NCBI RefSeq assembly: GCF_045112895.1 | Contig: NZ_JBGUIH010000002.1 | Span: 2,909 to 66,908, forward strand | Reading direction: 5' to 3' | Length of the DNA stretch: 64,000 bases | From: Methanobrevibacter sp. | GTDB taxonomy: Archaea > Methanobacteriota > Methanobacteria > Methanobacteriales > Methanobacteriaceae | Part shown: positions 45,911 through 57,700 of the stretch, in pieces | Numbering within the stretch: the stretch's first letter is position 1 | Layout: every line of letters begins with the position of its first letter | Program-made: the position numbers and the translations under genes | Notes under the pieces: generated by a model | Database searches by the model: none | The model's input: only the letters and a program-made list of their open reading frames with translations | Told to the model about the DNA's origin: nothing

Positions 45911-46663
45911 ATGATTGATACACACATCCATGCAGATTCAAGAAGTAGTGAAGATTTCAAGGATATGTATTTGGCCGGAATAGACACCGCCATAACATGC
46001 AGTTTCTATCCGTACAAAGTTAACGAAGAAATTCTCTTAAACCATTTGAATAGAATTTTGGAATTTGATACCAATAGAGCATCAAAATATGGCATTGACT
46101 TGAAAGTTGCATTGGGAATCCATCCTACAAACACCGTGAAAAATCCGGAAGTAATATTTAATGAATTATATTCATGGATAGACAACAAGCAAATTGTGGC
46201 TATCGGGGAAATCGGTCTGGAAGACCTGACGGATATTGAAATAGAGACATTCAAAAAACAGCTGATTATTGCCGATGAAACCGAATCTAAAGTAATCATT
46301 CACACACCAAGAAAAAACAAATTGGAAGTTTTGAAAGTGATTTTGGATATTGTTCCACAATATCTGGATGAAAAGCAGGCTGTGATTGATCATATTAATC
46401 CGAACGTCATTGGTGAAGTTATTGACAAGGAATATATGTTAGGCCTAACCGTACAACCTCAGAAACTGGATGTTGCTGGAGCAATAGCCATTTTAGATGA
46501 ATTCGGATTCGATAGATTCTTTTTAGATAGCGACATGAGCAATAATCCGTCAGACCACCTTTCAGTTCCAAAAACTATTCGAGAACTAACAAGGCTTGGT
46601 TACAAACAAAGCGATATCGAAAAGGTATCCCAGAATAATGCCAAAGAATTCTACAAAATATAA
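45911..46663 (+). CDS. TatD-related metal-dependent hydrolase
   Basis: 250 aa. MIDTHIHAD start, GEIGLE, and IIHTPR motifs. Confidence 0.75.
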   Translation: MIDTHIHADSRSSEDFKDMYLAGIDTAITCSFYPYKVNEEILLNHLNRILEFDTNRASKYGIDLKVALGIHPTNTVKNPEVIFNELYSWIDNKQIVAIGEIGLEDLTDIEIETFKKQLIIADETESKVIIHTPRKNKLEVLKVILDIVPQYLDEKQAVIDHINPNVIGEVIDKEYMLGLTVQPQKLDVAGAIAILDEFGFDRFFLDSDMSNNPSDHLSVPKTIRELTRLGYKQSDIEKVSQNNAKEFYKI

Positions 46664-46672
46664 TCAGGTACC

Positions 46673-47590
46673 ATGAATATCATTAGACAATTGCCCCTAC
46701 CAGTTTCCGGATTGATTCTCGCATTGTTATCTCTCGGTAACCTCCTGCAGGACATTCATCCATACATAAGATACCTGTTTGGGGCAATAGGCTGCATATT
46801 TTTAATCTTAATAGTTTTAAAAGCTGCATTATATCCTCAAGACATTAAAAGTGATTTTGAAAATCCGATAATCTTAAGCAGTTGCGGTACATTTTCCATG
46901 AGTTTGATGCTGTTATCTACATATCTTATACAATTTATGCCAAGTATCGCGTATACCATCTGGATAATTGGAATTGTCTTGCATATAATGTTAATGATTT
47001 ACTTTACCTATCGTTTTGTCATATCTTCCTTTGATATTTCAACAGTCTACCCAACATGGTGGATAGTCTATGTTGGAATTACGATGGGTGCAATTACAGC
47101 ACATATACATGGACTTAATGAAATTGGATTCATCTGTTTTGCAATCGGATTTGCGGCCATGCTGATTACAACACCATTAATGATTTACAGATATGTCAAG
47201 TACCAGGACATTCCAAACATGAACAAGCCGCTGATCTGCATCCATACTGCATTATTCAGCATATTGATTGTCGGTTATTTGAATTCCACAACGGACATCT
47301 CAAATGAATTCTTAATTGGAATATATCTGATAGCTTGCTTGATGTACCTGTTTTCGTTTTATAAGCTGGTTGAATATAGGAATCTGGAGTTTTATCCAAG
47401 CTTTTCAGCATTTACATTCCCATTTGTAATAAGTGCACTTGCAACAAAAGGAGTTTTGGATGTGATGCAGCCAAATATATTATTGTCTGCCATTTCAACA
47501 GCGCAAACATTAATAGCAGTGATTGCGGTATTCTATGTTATATCCGAATACATGAACTTTTTGAAAAATAGTGGAGGAAGTAGAAATTAA
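46673..47590 (+). CDS. TDT (TehA/SLAC1-like) family anion/dicarboxylate transporter
   Basis: 305 aa with about 10 TM segments. Family assigned from overall pattern only. Confidence 0.6.
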   Translation: MNIIRQLPLPVSGLILALLSLGNLLQDIHPYIRYLFGAIGCIFLILIVLKAALYPQDIKSDFENPIILSSCGTFSMSLMLLSTYLIQFMPSIAYTIWIIGIVLHIMLMIYFTYRFVISSFDISTVYPTWWIVYVGITMGAITAHIHGLNEIGFICFAIGFAAMLITTPLMIYRYVKYQDIPNMNKPLICIHTALFSILIVGYLNSTTDISNEFLIGIYLIACLMYLFSFYKLVEYRNLEFYPSFSAFTFPFVISALATKGVLDVMQPNILLSAISTAQTLIAVIAVFYVISEYMNFLKNSGGSRN

Positions 47591-47595
47591 TCTAC

Positions 47596-48090
47596 TTAAC
47601 CTTTGTTAACTAATTTTACCTTTTTAGGGGAGATAATGATTAAATTTTTCTCTTCGGAACGTGCGAGCAATAATGCTTGCGCATCATAGTTTGCCCTTAG
47701 CAATTTAATCTTATCGCCAGCCAATTTGAAGTTAGCAGGACTTTCCTTTTCTAAAAAAGATAGATCTACAATAATAGGATTCTTTTCTTCGATTATTTGG
47801 TCGACCATATAATTTATATCATCAAGAGTTTTGGGCCTGATTAGAACAATTTCATAAAAGGGTTGTTCCGGTACAATCACATAGTCATAATCATCATAAA
47901 TCGGCACTTGAACTTGATTCTGTGCGGTTCCAGACTCAGATGCATCTTGAACATTTTGTTCATCGCTGTTAGAAGATTTAATAAAGCTATTAATAAACTC
48001 ATTTAAATTAAAACCTTCACCGCCATTGCTGTCTTTTGATTCTGTTTCCTCAAAGCCTAAGCTTCTTTTTATAGTGTCAGTAAAGCTCAT
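47596..48090 (-). CDS. sepF: cell division protein SepF
   Basis: 164 aa. Disordered N-terminal half, then a SepF/DUF552 core: VLIRPKTLDDINYMVDQIIEEKNPIIVDLSFLEKE...LLRANYDAQALLLA. Confidence 0.8.
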   Translation of the reverse strand: MSFTDTIKRSLGFEETESKDSNGGEGFNLNEFINSFIKSSNSDEQNVQDASESGTAQNQVQVPIYDDYDYVIVPEQPFYEIVLIRPKTLDDINYMVDQIIEEKNPIIVDLSFLEKESPANFKLAGDKIKLLRANYDAQALLLARSEEKNLIIISPKKVKLVNKG

Positions 48091-48096
48091 TTAAAA

Positions 48097-49158
48097 CTAC
48101 TCCTCTAAATATTTAAATATTGCATCTAATAATTTGGAAGCTCCATTTTTATAAACGTCTTCCGCAGGCAAATTATAAGTTGATTCAAAGTATTCAGGGC
48201 ATAAATCTAAACTAGCATTTTTAAGATTGACTGATAATCCGACAACTTTTGTAGGTTCGACAGCTTCAATAGCCTTAATCTCTTCTTCAATGCCTCTAGG
48301 TTCCCTATATGGGTGATTTGGTCTGTGTCCAACAATTACTGCATCAGGAGCGCATCCAATTAAAATGGCTGCTGATAAACCTCTAGGGTGAGGGTTTCCT
48401 TTTTCAGTTAAACTGGATTGACCTTCAATAAAAATAATGTCTGGTTGTTTTGTCTCTTCAACATATTTGATTGCAGATAATACTGCTGCCGGAACATCCA
48501 TTGCAGATAAACTTCCAGCTCTAAAATTAAAATCAGTAGGTTCTTCTAATCCCATCTCATCAGTTGATATGATTGCAGGTTTTAAACCCCTTTCAACACT
48601 TGCCAAACCAAGCATTTTGGTGGTGGTTCTTTTACCGCATTCCTGAGAAGTTCCGCCAACAAAGATTACCGGCGCTTTTGCTTTGTAAGATATCTTCGGC
48701 AATACTTCACATGATTTCTCAGGAGCGACACCAGCTATCTTTTCTACAACATCTAATCTAGGGCCGATTTCCTTTATAACTACATTTTTGGAATCAGCAA
48801 ATTTCTTTAAAGACAAATTTTCACTAATGGATAATGATCTAAAGGAAGTAATTACGTTTAACCCTGCATCAATAGCTTGAACTGCGTATTTTAAGGCTGT
48901 TCCTTCAGCACCTATTGGCAACATTATAACTAAAGATTTGGCATCCGGTGCGCCTTTTAAACAGTTTTCCAAGCCATCTGCCACCATATGGCCACAAAAT
49001 TCTTTTCCTTGTTTTCTAACATCATCATCGATGAATCCTATCGCTTCAATTCCTTCAAGATTAGAGAATTTCTCTCCTCCACCCCCACAACCAACAACGA
49101 GGAATGGATTTAACTCTTGAATCTCTTTAACTGATTTTACTGAATACAAAAATTTCAA
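48097..49158 (-). CDS. DUF1611-family P-loop protein
   Basis: 353 aa. N-terminal Rossmann-like VVGCGGGG and [19 protein letters not shown], resembling the GT-x-x-x-x-GK(R/M)TT loop of DUF1611. Confidence 0.65.
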   Translation of the reverse strand: MKFLYSVKSVKEIQELNPFLVVGCGGGGEKFSNLEGIEAIGFIDDDVRKQGKEFCGHMVADGLENCLKGAPDAKSLVIMLPIGAEGTALKYAVQAIDAGLNVITSFRSLSISENLSLKKFADSKNVVIKEIGPRLDVVEKIAGVAPEKSCEVLPKISYKAKAPVIFVGGTSQECGKRTTTKMLGLASVERGLKPAIISTDEMGLEEPTDFNFRAGSLSAMDVPAAVLSAIKYVEETKQPDIIFIEGQSSLTEKGNPHPRGLSAAILIGCAPDAVIVGHRPNHPYREPRGIEEEIKAIEAVEPTKVVGLSVNLKNASLDLCPEYFESTYNLPAEDVYKNGASKLLDAIFKYLEE

Positions 49159-49289
49159 CCCCTATAACTTATAATTTATAACAACCATGTAAATTTATTA
49201 TCTTAAGATTTTTCTGAAATATTCGAAAAAAATGTTACATTATTAATTATAATTTTTCATATTAATAAATGTAAATGTTTTAGGGAAAA

Positions 49290-49351
49290 AATTTATTGAA
49301 AAAAATAGTGAAAAAATAGTGAAAAAATAAAATGAAATCCCTTAAGATTTC
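49290..49351 (-). terminator. hairpin + multiple oligo-T terminator after the Ser-rich protein gene
   Basis: 6-bp stem GAAATC/GATTTC at 49334..49351. The coding strand continues CATTTTATTTTTTCACTATTTTTTCACTATTTTTTTC, which includes a 12-nt direct duplication. Confidence 0.55.
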
Positions 49352-49354
49352 AAA

Positions 49355-50233
49355 TTATTCATTTATAAAATCAGGACCGCCACTACCTCCGGAACCAGAT
49401 GAAGATCCTCCGCCAGAAGAAGAACCCCCATGAGAAGAGGAACCACTACCAGAAGAAGAACCACTATGAGAAGAGGAACCGCTAGATGAAGAACTACTAC
49501 TTGATTGTTGGCTACTTCCGGAACTGGAAGAAGAACTACTACTTGATTGTTGGTTGCTTCCGGAACTGGAAGAAGAACTACCACTTGATGAGCCACTACC
49601 TGAACTGGATGATGAACTGGAGCTTGTTTGACTTGAACTGCTTGAATAATCATCTGAATAGTCACTGTCATCGTAAGTAGTATAGTTTGATGAAGTATCC
49701 TCAACCGCATCATCATAGTCTTCAGCTTCTACAGGAGCTGTGAAAACAAGACTGTCAACCATATGTTTGAGAATATCCAAATCTTCACTTCCTATGATGA
49801 TATTGTCATGAGTGGTTTCATTTCCGATACTGGCAATATAATAATCGGTACCATTGATGTGGTTTTGCTTAATATTATATCCGTGATAGCTTTCCACATC
49901 CTCTGCACCATCAAACAGGGTATTATGCATTAATGAAAATCCGTCAGAACCCTCCATGCTTAAATCTTCAGCACTATTGTATGCATTCATGAATACTTTT
50001 TTAGAAGGGCATTGATATGTTTTAATTCCATTTTCGTTTACTGTCCATGCCACATCATCAGTACTAGGCACTTCCATCATAGCGCTACTGCTAATATTTA
50101 GTGTTTCATACGTAACTTCCGATTGGGAAGTTAATGCGATACCAATGCCAACAACAAGGGCGATTGCTATTAGAATTAATGGTATTAAAATGTAATTGTC
50201 AAGTTTCACGTAAATCACCTTTTTAAATATCAC
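49355..50233 (-). CDS. N-terminally anchored extracytoplasmic protein with ~95-aa Ser/Gly-rich C-terminal tail
   Basis: 292 aa. TM segment ILIPLILIAIALVVGIGIAL, a globular middle, an acidic D/Y/S stretch, then SSSSQTSSSSSSSSGSGSSSGSSSSSSGSNQQSSSS...GGSGGPDFINE. Confidence 0.7.
   Translation of the reverse strand: MIFKKVIYVKLDNYILIPLILIAIALVVGIGIALTSQSEVTYETLNISSSAMMEVPSTDDVAWTVNENGIKTYQCPSKKVFMNAYNSAEDLSMEGSDGFSLMHNTLFDGAEDVESYHGYNIKQNHINGTDYYIASIGNETTHDNIIIGSEDLDILKHMVDSLVFTAPVEAEDYDDAVEDTSSNYTTYDDSDYSDDYSSSSSQTSSSSSSSSGSGSSSGSSSSSSGSNQQSSSSSSSSSGSSQQSSSSSSSSGSSSHSGSSSGSGSSSHGGSSSGGGSSSGSGGSGGPDFINE
49488..49585 (-). repeat. 42-nt tandem repeat (about 2.3 copies) encoding the Ser-rich tail
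   Basis: TTGATTGTTGG recurs at 49501 and 49543 (period 42 nt = 14 aa). The units are GAAGAACTACTACTTGATTGTTGG(C/T)T(A/G)CTTCCGGAACTG. Confidence 0.7.
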
Positions 50234-50406
50234 TCACATTTGTGGTTATTTATAATATTTTAAAATCACTCATATTTATTTATTTTTGATTTTTAAGCAA
50301 TAGTTTTTTTACTATAACGAAAAAATATAATCTTAATAAGTATCGAAAATAATATTCATGACTAATAAAATTATTGATGAATTTAAAGTTAAGGGGTATG
50401 TTTTAG

Positions 50407-50982
50407 ATGGATGAGGAAAACCTTGGAGAAATGATTATCAAATGTCCCGCATGCGGTGTTGAAGGTGTAGCGAAATCAATAATGAAAGAGCTTGATATTC
50501 CCCATTTTGGAAAGGTCCTGGAAACAACACTGCAATGCCCTAAATGCGGATTTAGGCATAGCGACGTAATAGCCTTAGAACAGAAGGATCCTGCTAAATA
50601 TGTAATTGAAATTAATAAAAACAATTTGTCCGTGAGAGTTGTTAGGTCACAGTCTGCAACCGTTGAAATACCTGAACTTGGCGTTAAAGTAGAGCCTGGA
50701 CCAAAATCCGAAGGATATGTAACCAATATAGAGGGCGTACTTACCCGTTTTGAGGATGCGGTCAAAAAAGCATTGAATCTGTTTGAGGATGCACAATCTC
50801 AGGAAAATGCAAAGATTGCTCTTGAGAGAATCCAAAAGCTAAAAAAAGGAAATGGAACTGCTACTTTGATTATTCTTGATCCATTTGGTCAAAGTAACGT
50901 TGTAAGTGAAAAGGCTGAAATTTCTGAAATTCCAGAAGAGGAATTGAAACAATTAAAAACAGGTTTTAGTCATATTGAATAA
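50407..50982 (+). CDS. ZPR1-type zinc-finger protein
   Basis: 191 aa. CPACG...(24 aa)...CPKCG zinc ribbon followed by a ZPR1-like beta domain (SVRVVRSQSATVEIPELGVKVEPG). Confidence 0.8.
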   Translation: MDEENLGEMIIKCPACGVEGVAKSIMKELDIPHFGKVLETTLQCPKCGFRHSDVIALEQKDPAKYVIEINKNNLSVRVVRSQSATVEIPELGVKVEPGPKSEGYVTNIEGVLTRFEDAVKKALNLFEDAQSQENAKIALERIQKLKKGNGTATLIILDPFGQSNVVSEKAEISEIPEEELKQLKTGFSHIE

Positions 50983-51000
50983 TGAAAAAAAAGAAGAAAT

Positions 51001-51435
51001 TTATTCTTCTAATTCTTCTTCATCTTCATCAGGTGCTGTGAAGCTGAATGTGGTGTCTTCAACAACATCCTTTAATTTTAATGTTTTTTGTACATCCATA
51101 GCTAATGCATTACAGTCAGCTTTGATAGCTTCTAAGTGTAATAAAATTCTTTCTTTTTCTTGATTGATTCTAGTAATGTTGGTGTATGGGTAAGTACATT
51201 CTTTAAACATTTCATATTCAATAGTAGTGTATGGGTAATCGTTTAATTGTTCACATACATTTTTTAAAACTGAATATAGGAAATTGTTCATTTCTACTTT
51301 TACTCTTTCCCTAATCATTTTGTCATCATCAAGATTTTCTTTCATTAAACGTACAACTTCTGCTTTAGCGAAAGGTAATTTCTCTTCTTCGATTAATTCT
51401 TCAGAAGTTCCATCAATCATTTCTTCTTCAGACAT
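51001..51435 (-). CDS. acidic hypothetical protein, possibly histone-fold-like N-terminal half
   Basis: 144 aa. [41 protein letters not shown] resembles the helix1-loop-helix2 of archaeal histone/NF-YB folds. Both termini are poly-acidic. The family call is weak. Confidence 0.4.
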   Translation of the reverse strand: MSEEEMIDGTSEELIEEEKLPFAKAEVVRLMKENLDDDKMIRERVKVEMNNFLYSVLKNVCEQLNDYPYTTIEYEMFKECTYPYTNITRINQEKERILLHLEAIKADCNALAMDVQKTLKLKDVVEDTTFSFTAPDEDEEELEE

Positions 51436-51654
51436 AATTACACCTCATTAGTTCATTTAAGAATATTGATTCACTCTACGATTTTTTAAAAAAAATATCA
51501 TTTCATCAATATCTAATATAATATTTAACCCAAGTATTATATAAAGGTTTCGTTTAAATTGAAAAAACGGAACAGTATTTGATAGTTTTTATACATAACT
51601 TGTAGAATAATCAAGTGTAAAATTGATAATTTTAATACTTTCAAAATTTTGAAA

Positions 51655-51697
51655 AACCGTTTTAAAAAAATAAGAAAAAGTAGCTTGAAAGCTACTT
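51655..51697 (-). terminator. hairpin + oligo-T terminator after the adhesin-like gene
   Basis: Perfect 9-bp inverted repeat AAGTAGCTT-GA-AAGCTACTT at 51678..51697. The coding strand continues CTTTTTCTTATTTTTTTAAAA. Confidence 0.6.
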
Positions 51698-51702
51698 AAA
51701 TT

Positions 51703-54700
51703 TTATCTTTTTTTGAAAATATCACCGCTTCCAAAGATTATGGAAACCAATGCAGAAACAATCAATAATGCAATAAGGTTTGCAGTAGAGTATTTTCCAA
51801 GGCTTGGTGTTGGATGTTTGATATTCATAGCTTTTGATAGCTTATGCTTTGTCAATTTATCAGTAAAGTTGTTACTAGGATTTTTAACAATTTTTACCAA
51901 GGCAAAATCTTCATTATTGCTCAAATCAATGTCAAATGTATCGCTTACTACATTTACAATATTCCTGAAGACTCCATCCTTAATTGCTTCGAATTTCAAT
52001 AACAGTTTTTCTTCACCGCCCGCAGCAAGTTCATCAATGGACCATTCATAAGTTGAAGTATCGAATATGCCTCTTGTCGCTTTAACGGATTTTAAAATCA
52101 AAGATTTATCAAATATTTCCCTAACTTTAACATTCAAAGCATCGTCCGGGCCTGCATTAGTCAACTTGATTGAATAGGCTACCAAGTCTCCAACCTTATA
52201 TTGATATTTTGAAACTGTCTTTGTAATAGCCAAATCGGCTGCAGGATAAACATGAATCATATCTTCAGCCTCATTGTTCTCAGGATTAGGATCCTCTTCA
52301 TTGCCGGAAACGATAGCGAAATTAGTAATATCGCCAGTTTCGACAACTTTTGATGTAATCTCTAATTTTTTAAAGTCACCGACTTCCAGTTCGCCGATAT
52401 ACCATATTCCAGCTTCATAGATTCCATAACCCTCTGCACTAATGAATTTTAAGCCGTCAGGCAATAAGTCCTCAACAATGACACCAGTTGCATCATTCAG
52501 ACCTTCATTTGAAACTATCAATGTCCATTTGACAATGTCCCCATAATTTGCATTGGAAACATTGGCTGACTTTTCAATTGAAAGATCTGAAACTGGAAAT
52601 GCGTCAATTGACTCATTATCATAGTTATTGGACATGTTAATATCATATTCATTGGCTATTGCAGATATGTTGTTGGTAATGGTTCCCAAACCATTTACAT
52701 AACAACTAATATTCAGATATTCAACTCCTCCTTTGATTAAATAATCCAAGCTCCAGACACCATTTTCATAAGTTCCTCTACTTGACACATAGCCATTAAA
52801 GATCAATTCTTTAGGCAACTCATCATATACACGAACATCTGTTGCATTATCAGGACCGATATTCATAACAGTGATTCTCCAAGTAATCACATCTCCGAAG
52901 AACAGATTATCATCATTAACTTCTTTTAAAACAGCAATATCAGCAGCTGACGGCACATCGATAGATTCATTATCAACATTATTAGTTAAATCAGGGTCAT
53001 ATTCGTTTCCGGAAATCTTAGCTATATTTGTTAAATGACCTGTTTCATTAACTTTACATATGATTTCTAATCTTTCTGTTTCATCCTTTTCAAGACAACA
53101 TACGTTCCATATGCCCTCATCATAAAATCCTTTACTTGCTGTATAATTTAACAATATCAATCCATTCGGCAAAGCATCTTCTACAACGATGCCGGTTACT
53201 TTATCCGGACCTTTGTTTGATGCGATTAATGTCCATTTGACTAAATCACCATAATTGACCTCACTATCATTAACCGTTTTGATAATGGTCAAATCACCAG
53301 AGTTATTAACAACAATAGATTTACCATCCTTGTTATTTTTCAGATTATAATCAAATTCTTTGGCGCTGACTTTAGCATTGTTTGTAATATTGCCGGTTGC
53401 ATTTACTCTAGATATGATATTCAGTTCAATTGATTTTCCTTTGTTTAAAGTGCCAATATTCCAAACTCCAGCATTATGATTATACTTGTTGTGTGAATCA
53501 TCACTAACCCAAATTAAAGATTCTGGGAGAAAATCGATAACCTTGACATCATGGGCATCATCAGGACCGTTATTCTTGACTGTTAAAGTCCATTTGACTA
53601 AGTCTCTGAAATTATGATTTGAATTATTCACCAATTTTAGAACTTCCATATCTGATGCTGGATTGATGGTGATTGATTTATTGGCAACATTATTCGTTAA
53701 GTTATAATCATATTCATTGCCGGTTATATTTGCAGAATTGACAAATTTGCCTGTTTTATTTGCTTGTGTAATAATGGTTATCTTTAATGTTTCGCCAACA
53801 TCCAAATTACCAATATTGAACACATTATTGGAGTAGGAACCTTTATCTAAAGTAGAATTTATATAAACAAATCCTTTCGGCAATATGTCCACTACCTTAA
53901 CGCCGGTTGCCTTGTTTGGACCATTATTCTTAATGGTTAATGTCCATTTGACTAAACTGGTGTAATTTGCAGTTGAAGCATTAACTGATTTTGTAATTTC
54001 CAAATCCGCTGAAGGTTTAACATTGATTTGCTCATCATCATAATTATTGGTCAAATCATAATCAAACTCGCGAGAAGTTACATTAACCTTATTGGTAATT
54101 TTTCCTGTTGCATTGACTTTACAGATTATTGAAATTTGAACAGATGCTAAAGGATTTAAAGTTCCAATATTCCAAATACCATTACTTTTATTATAATTTC
54201 CATTACAGCTAACAAATATCAATGATTTAGGAAGGATATCAACCACTTTTACATCATGAGCAACATTCGGACCATTATTTAAAACTTTAATAATCCATTT
54301 AATTGAATCTGCGTAATTTGGATTTGAATTATTGACTAGTTTTTGAACTTCCAAATCACAAGCGGGATTAACATTGACCGCTTTTTGATCATTATTATTA
54401 GTAAAATCATAATCAAACTCACTGGAGGATACATTGACCTTATTAGTTATTTTTCCTGTCGAATCGGCCTTAGCGACAATATTCAACTTAACGGACTTGC
54501 CAACACCTAAAGTGCCAACAGTCCAGACCCCAGTCCTATTATTGTAAGCAGACTGGTCACAACTAATAAATTTTAAGGAATTTGGAAGCACATCCACAAC
54601 TCTCACATCATGAGCAACATCAGGACCGTTATTTGAAACTTTAATAGTCCATTTAACCAAATCATGATAATTAAGACTAGTTACATTAGCAGATTTTACA

Positions 54701-57700
54701 ACACCCACATCAACAGCAGGATTGACATTGACTGCTTTTTGATCCTTATTATTAGTCAAATCATAATCGAACTCACGAGAAGTTACATTAACATTATTAA
54801 CAATTTTACCGGTCACATCGACCTTGCAAACAATATTCAGCTTAACAGACTTACCGACACCCAAAGTGCCAACAGTCCAAACGCCAGTCTTATTATTGTA
54901 AGCAGACAAATCACAACTAATAAATTTTAAGGAACTTGGAAGCACATCCACAACTTTCACATCATGAGCAACATCCGGACCATTATTCTTAACAGTCAAA
55001 GTCCACTTAACCAAATCACCATAATTAGGAGCAGTCACATTAACCTTTTTCACAACACTCACATCCACAGCTGATGTAACACCAACCTGTGCCTCATCAA
55101 AATTATTGGATAAGTCATAATCAAACTCCTTCAAAGACACAGTAGCATTATTCTTAATAACACCAGTACCATTAACCCTAGCAACAATATTCAATTTAAC
55201 AGACTTACCGACACCTAAAGTACCAACAGTCCAAACACCAGTCTTATTATTATAATTTCCATCACTACTGACAAAAATCAAAGACCCTGGAAGAACATCA
55301 GCAACTTTAACGCTATGGGCAACATCAGGACCATTATTCTTAACAGTCAAAGTCCACTTAACCAAATCACCATAATTAGGAGCAGTAACATTAACCTTTT
55401 TCACAACAGCCACATCAGCTGCTTGGGGAACTGTGATTGATTTTTCATCATGATTATTGTTAAGGTTGGTATCAAATTCAATTCCTGTAACATTTGCTTT
55501 ATTTACAATATCACCAGTTTTATTTACTAAAGTTACAATATTTACAACAAATGTTTTTCCAACATTTAATGATTCTATTTTCAAGACGCCTGTTTTTGGA
55601 TTAAATTTACCATTACTATCGTCGCTTTTCCAGATTAGACCATCCGGCAATAAGTCATTTACAACGACACCAGTAGCATTATTCGGACCATTATTAGCAA
55701 TACTTAATGTCCAAACAATCAAATCCCCATAATTGACTGAATCTTTATTGGAAGATTTAGTTATCCTATTGTCAATTTTCGGATAAACATTAAATACTGT
55801 GGTGTTTGTAATTGCTTTATAATAGTTGTCTTCAAAGTGTTTTGCTGTAACATAGTATTTTCCAGGCTTCAAGTTAGTTAAATTGGCTGATACTTCACCT
55901 AAATAATTTGATTTTAAAGTTTTATTATAAACAACAGTACCATCCTCATGTTTAACGGTCATTAATATTTTCATATTATATTCCCTATCATCCTGATATA
56001 ACTTACCGCTCATTGTGGCGCCAGAAACAGGGTGTTCTCCGTCGATTTCAATTTTATTATAATTGGCGGCATTATAAATTGCATTTGAAACAGCCAAATT
56101 ATCATAATCTGCAATATTATTTCCACCATAAATGACAGAACTAACTCTTTCCACTTCGCCATAGTAAATATCCTGAGCAGAGACTGGCAAATGATAAACC
56201 CATGCCTGATTTTGGTATAGGGTGTTGTTTTTTAATTTGAATTCAACCCCATGTTTATCAAAATAAATTGCACTACCATTCCTTGCAGTATTGTACTTGA
56301 AAATATTATTCTGAGCCAATACTTTTGTAGAATTGACATAGATAGCGCCACCCAATCCGTCATTCAACTTTTTGACATCAGGTATTGCTTCGTTTGCAAT
56401 GAATTTAGAATTTTTAACTGTTGTGTCATTGCCTTTAATAAATACGGCACCACCATCAATATTAGCAATGTTTCTGTTAAATTCAGACTTTATGATTTTG
56501 ACATTGTTCGCCTCAATATTCACGGCACCACCATATTCTGATGCATAATTATCATCAAATGTTGACTTTTCGATTTTAATATTAAATCCATCTAATTTGA
56601 CTGCACCTCCTAAAGGAGCTTTATTACCTTTAAAAACACTATTAGTAATGTTCAAATCCATATAATCCTGATAATCCATCAATATGGATACCGCTCCACC
56701 AAAAACATTTGCAGTATTGTTTATTAATGTGCAGTTGTTTAGGTTTCCGGATGCATGATATGTCAAAGCACCTCCATGATCGGCCGTATTGTTTATGAAA
56801 ACACAGTTGTAATAAGATGAACCATTTCTAACACATCCTGCACCTGCATGACCTGAACCGTCAGATGTCACAACTATATTGTTTTTGAATAAACAATCCC
56901 GAACAACACCATAAGATGGTTCCGTATCCAATCCAATCTGTATTGCTCCGCCACATAGGGCATCAGGTCCGCGAATATAGTTTGAATCAAAAATACAGTT
57001 TATTATTTTAAAGTCATGACTAAACGCTCCCACTGCCCCTGCAGCAATTCCGGCACCATTCTTTGTGAAATTACAGTTTTTCAATGTCAGGCCTTGAGCG
57101 GTCTCTGCTTTATAGGGAGTATGTATTGCACCTGATGTAACATTTGCAAAGTTATTTTCAAAAACGCAATTATCAAATGTTATGAATTTGGCCGATACTC
57201 TCACAGCCGCACCTCTAGCATCCGTATATCCGTTGATGAATTTCAGATTGCTGAAACTGGATTGGGCTCCTCCGGAAGTAATCTTTAAAATGGCTGTAGA
57301 TTTTTTGCCGTTTAGAGTAGCCTTAGATGATGAAGTGAAAGTCAACTTTTTGTTGAGTGTAATCGTATCATCCGCACTTGCCGGGACAAATGTTCCGCTG
57401 AGCTTTATTGTATCTCCACTATCCGCATTATCTATCACCCTCTGAATATCACTAAATGTTCCGCCATTTAGCGAGTAGGAATTTGCTTGCAATATTTCAT
57501 TTTCTTGAGTATTCGACAGTCTTATTTCATTTTCTTGAGAATTCTCCATCATATCTTCTAAATCAACTTCCACACTAACATCATCAGTCTCATTTAAATC
57601 TAAAGCATAGGCCTGATCGATATTTAAGCCTACAGCAGTGAACATTAAAAAGATGAGAGCTAATGAAATGAGGAAGGTTTTGCTAATAGCTATCTTTTGA

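Noticed and set aside
49363-49716. Alternative-frame ORFs across the Ser-rich tail (117 aa minus, 64 aa plus)
   Set aside because: They are artefacts of the 42-nt tandem repeat, because any frame stays open across AGC/TCT-type repeats. The frame that continues from the globular N-terminal domain is the real one.
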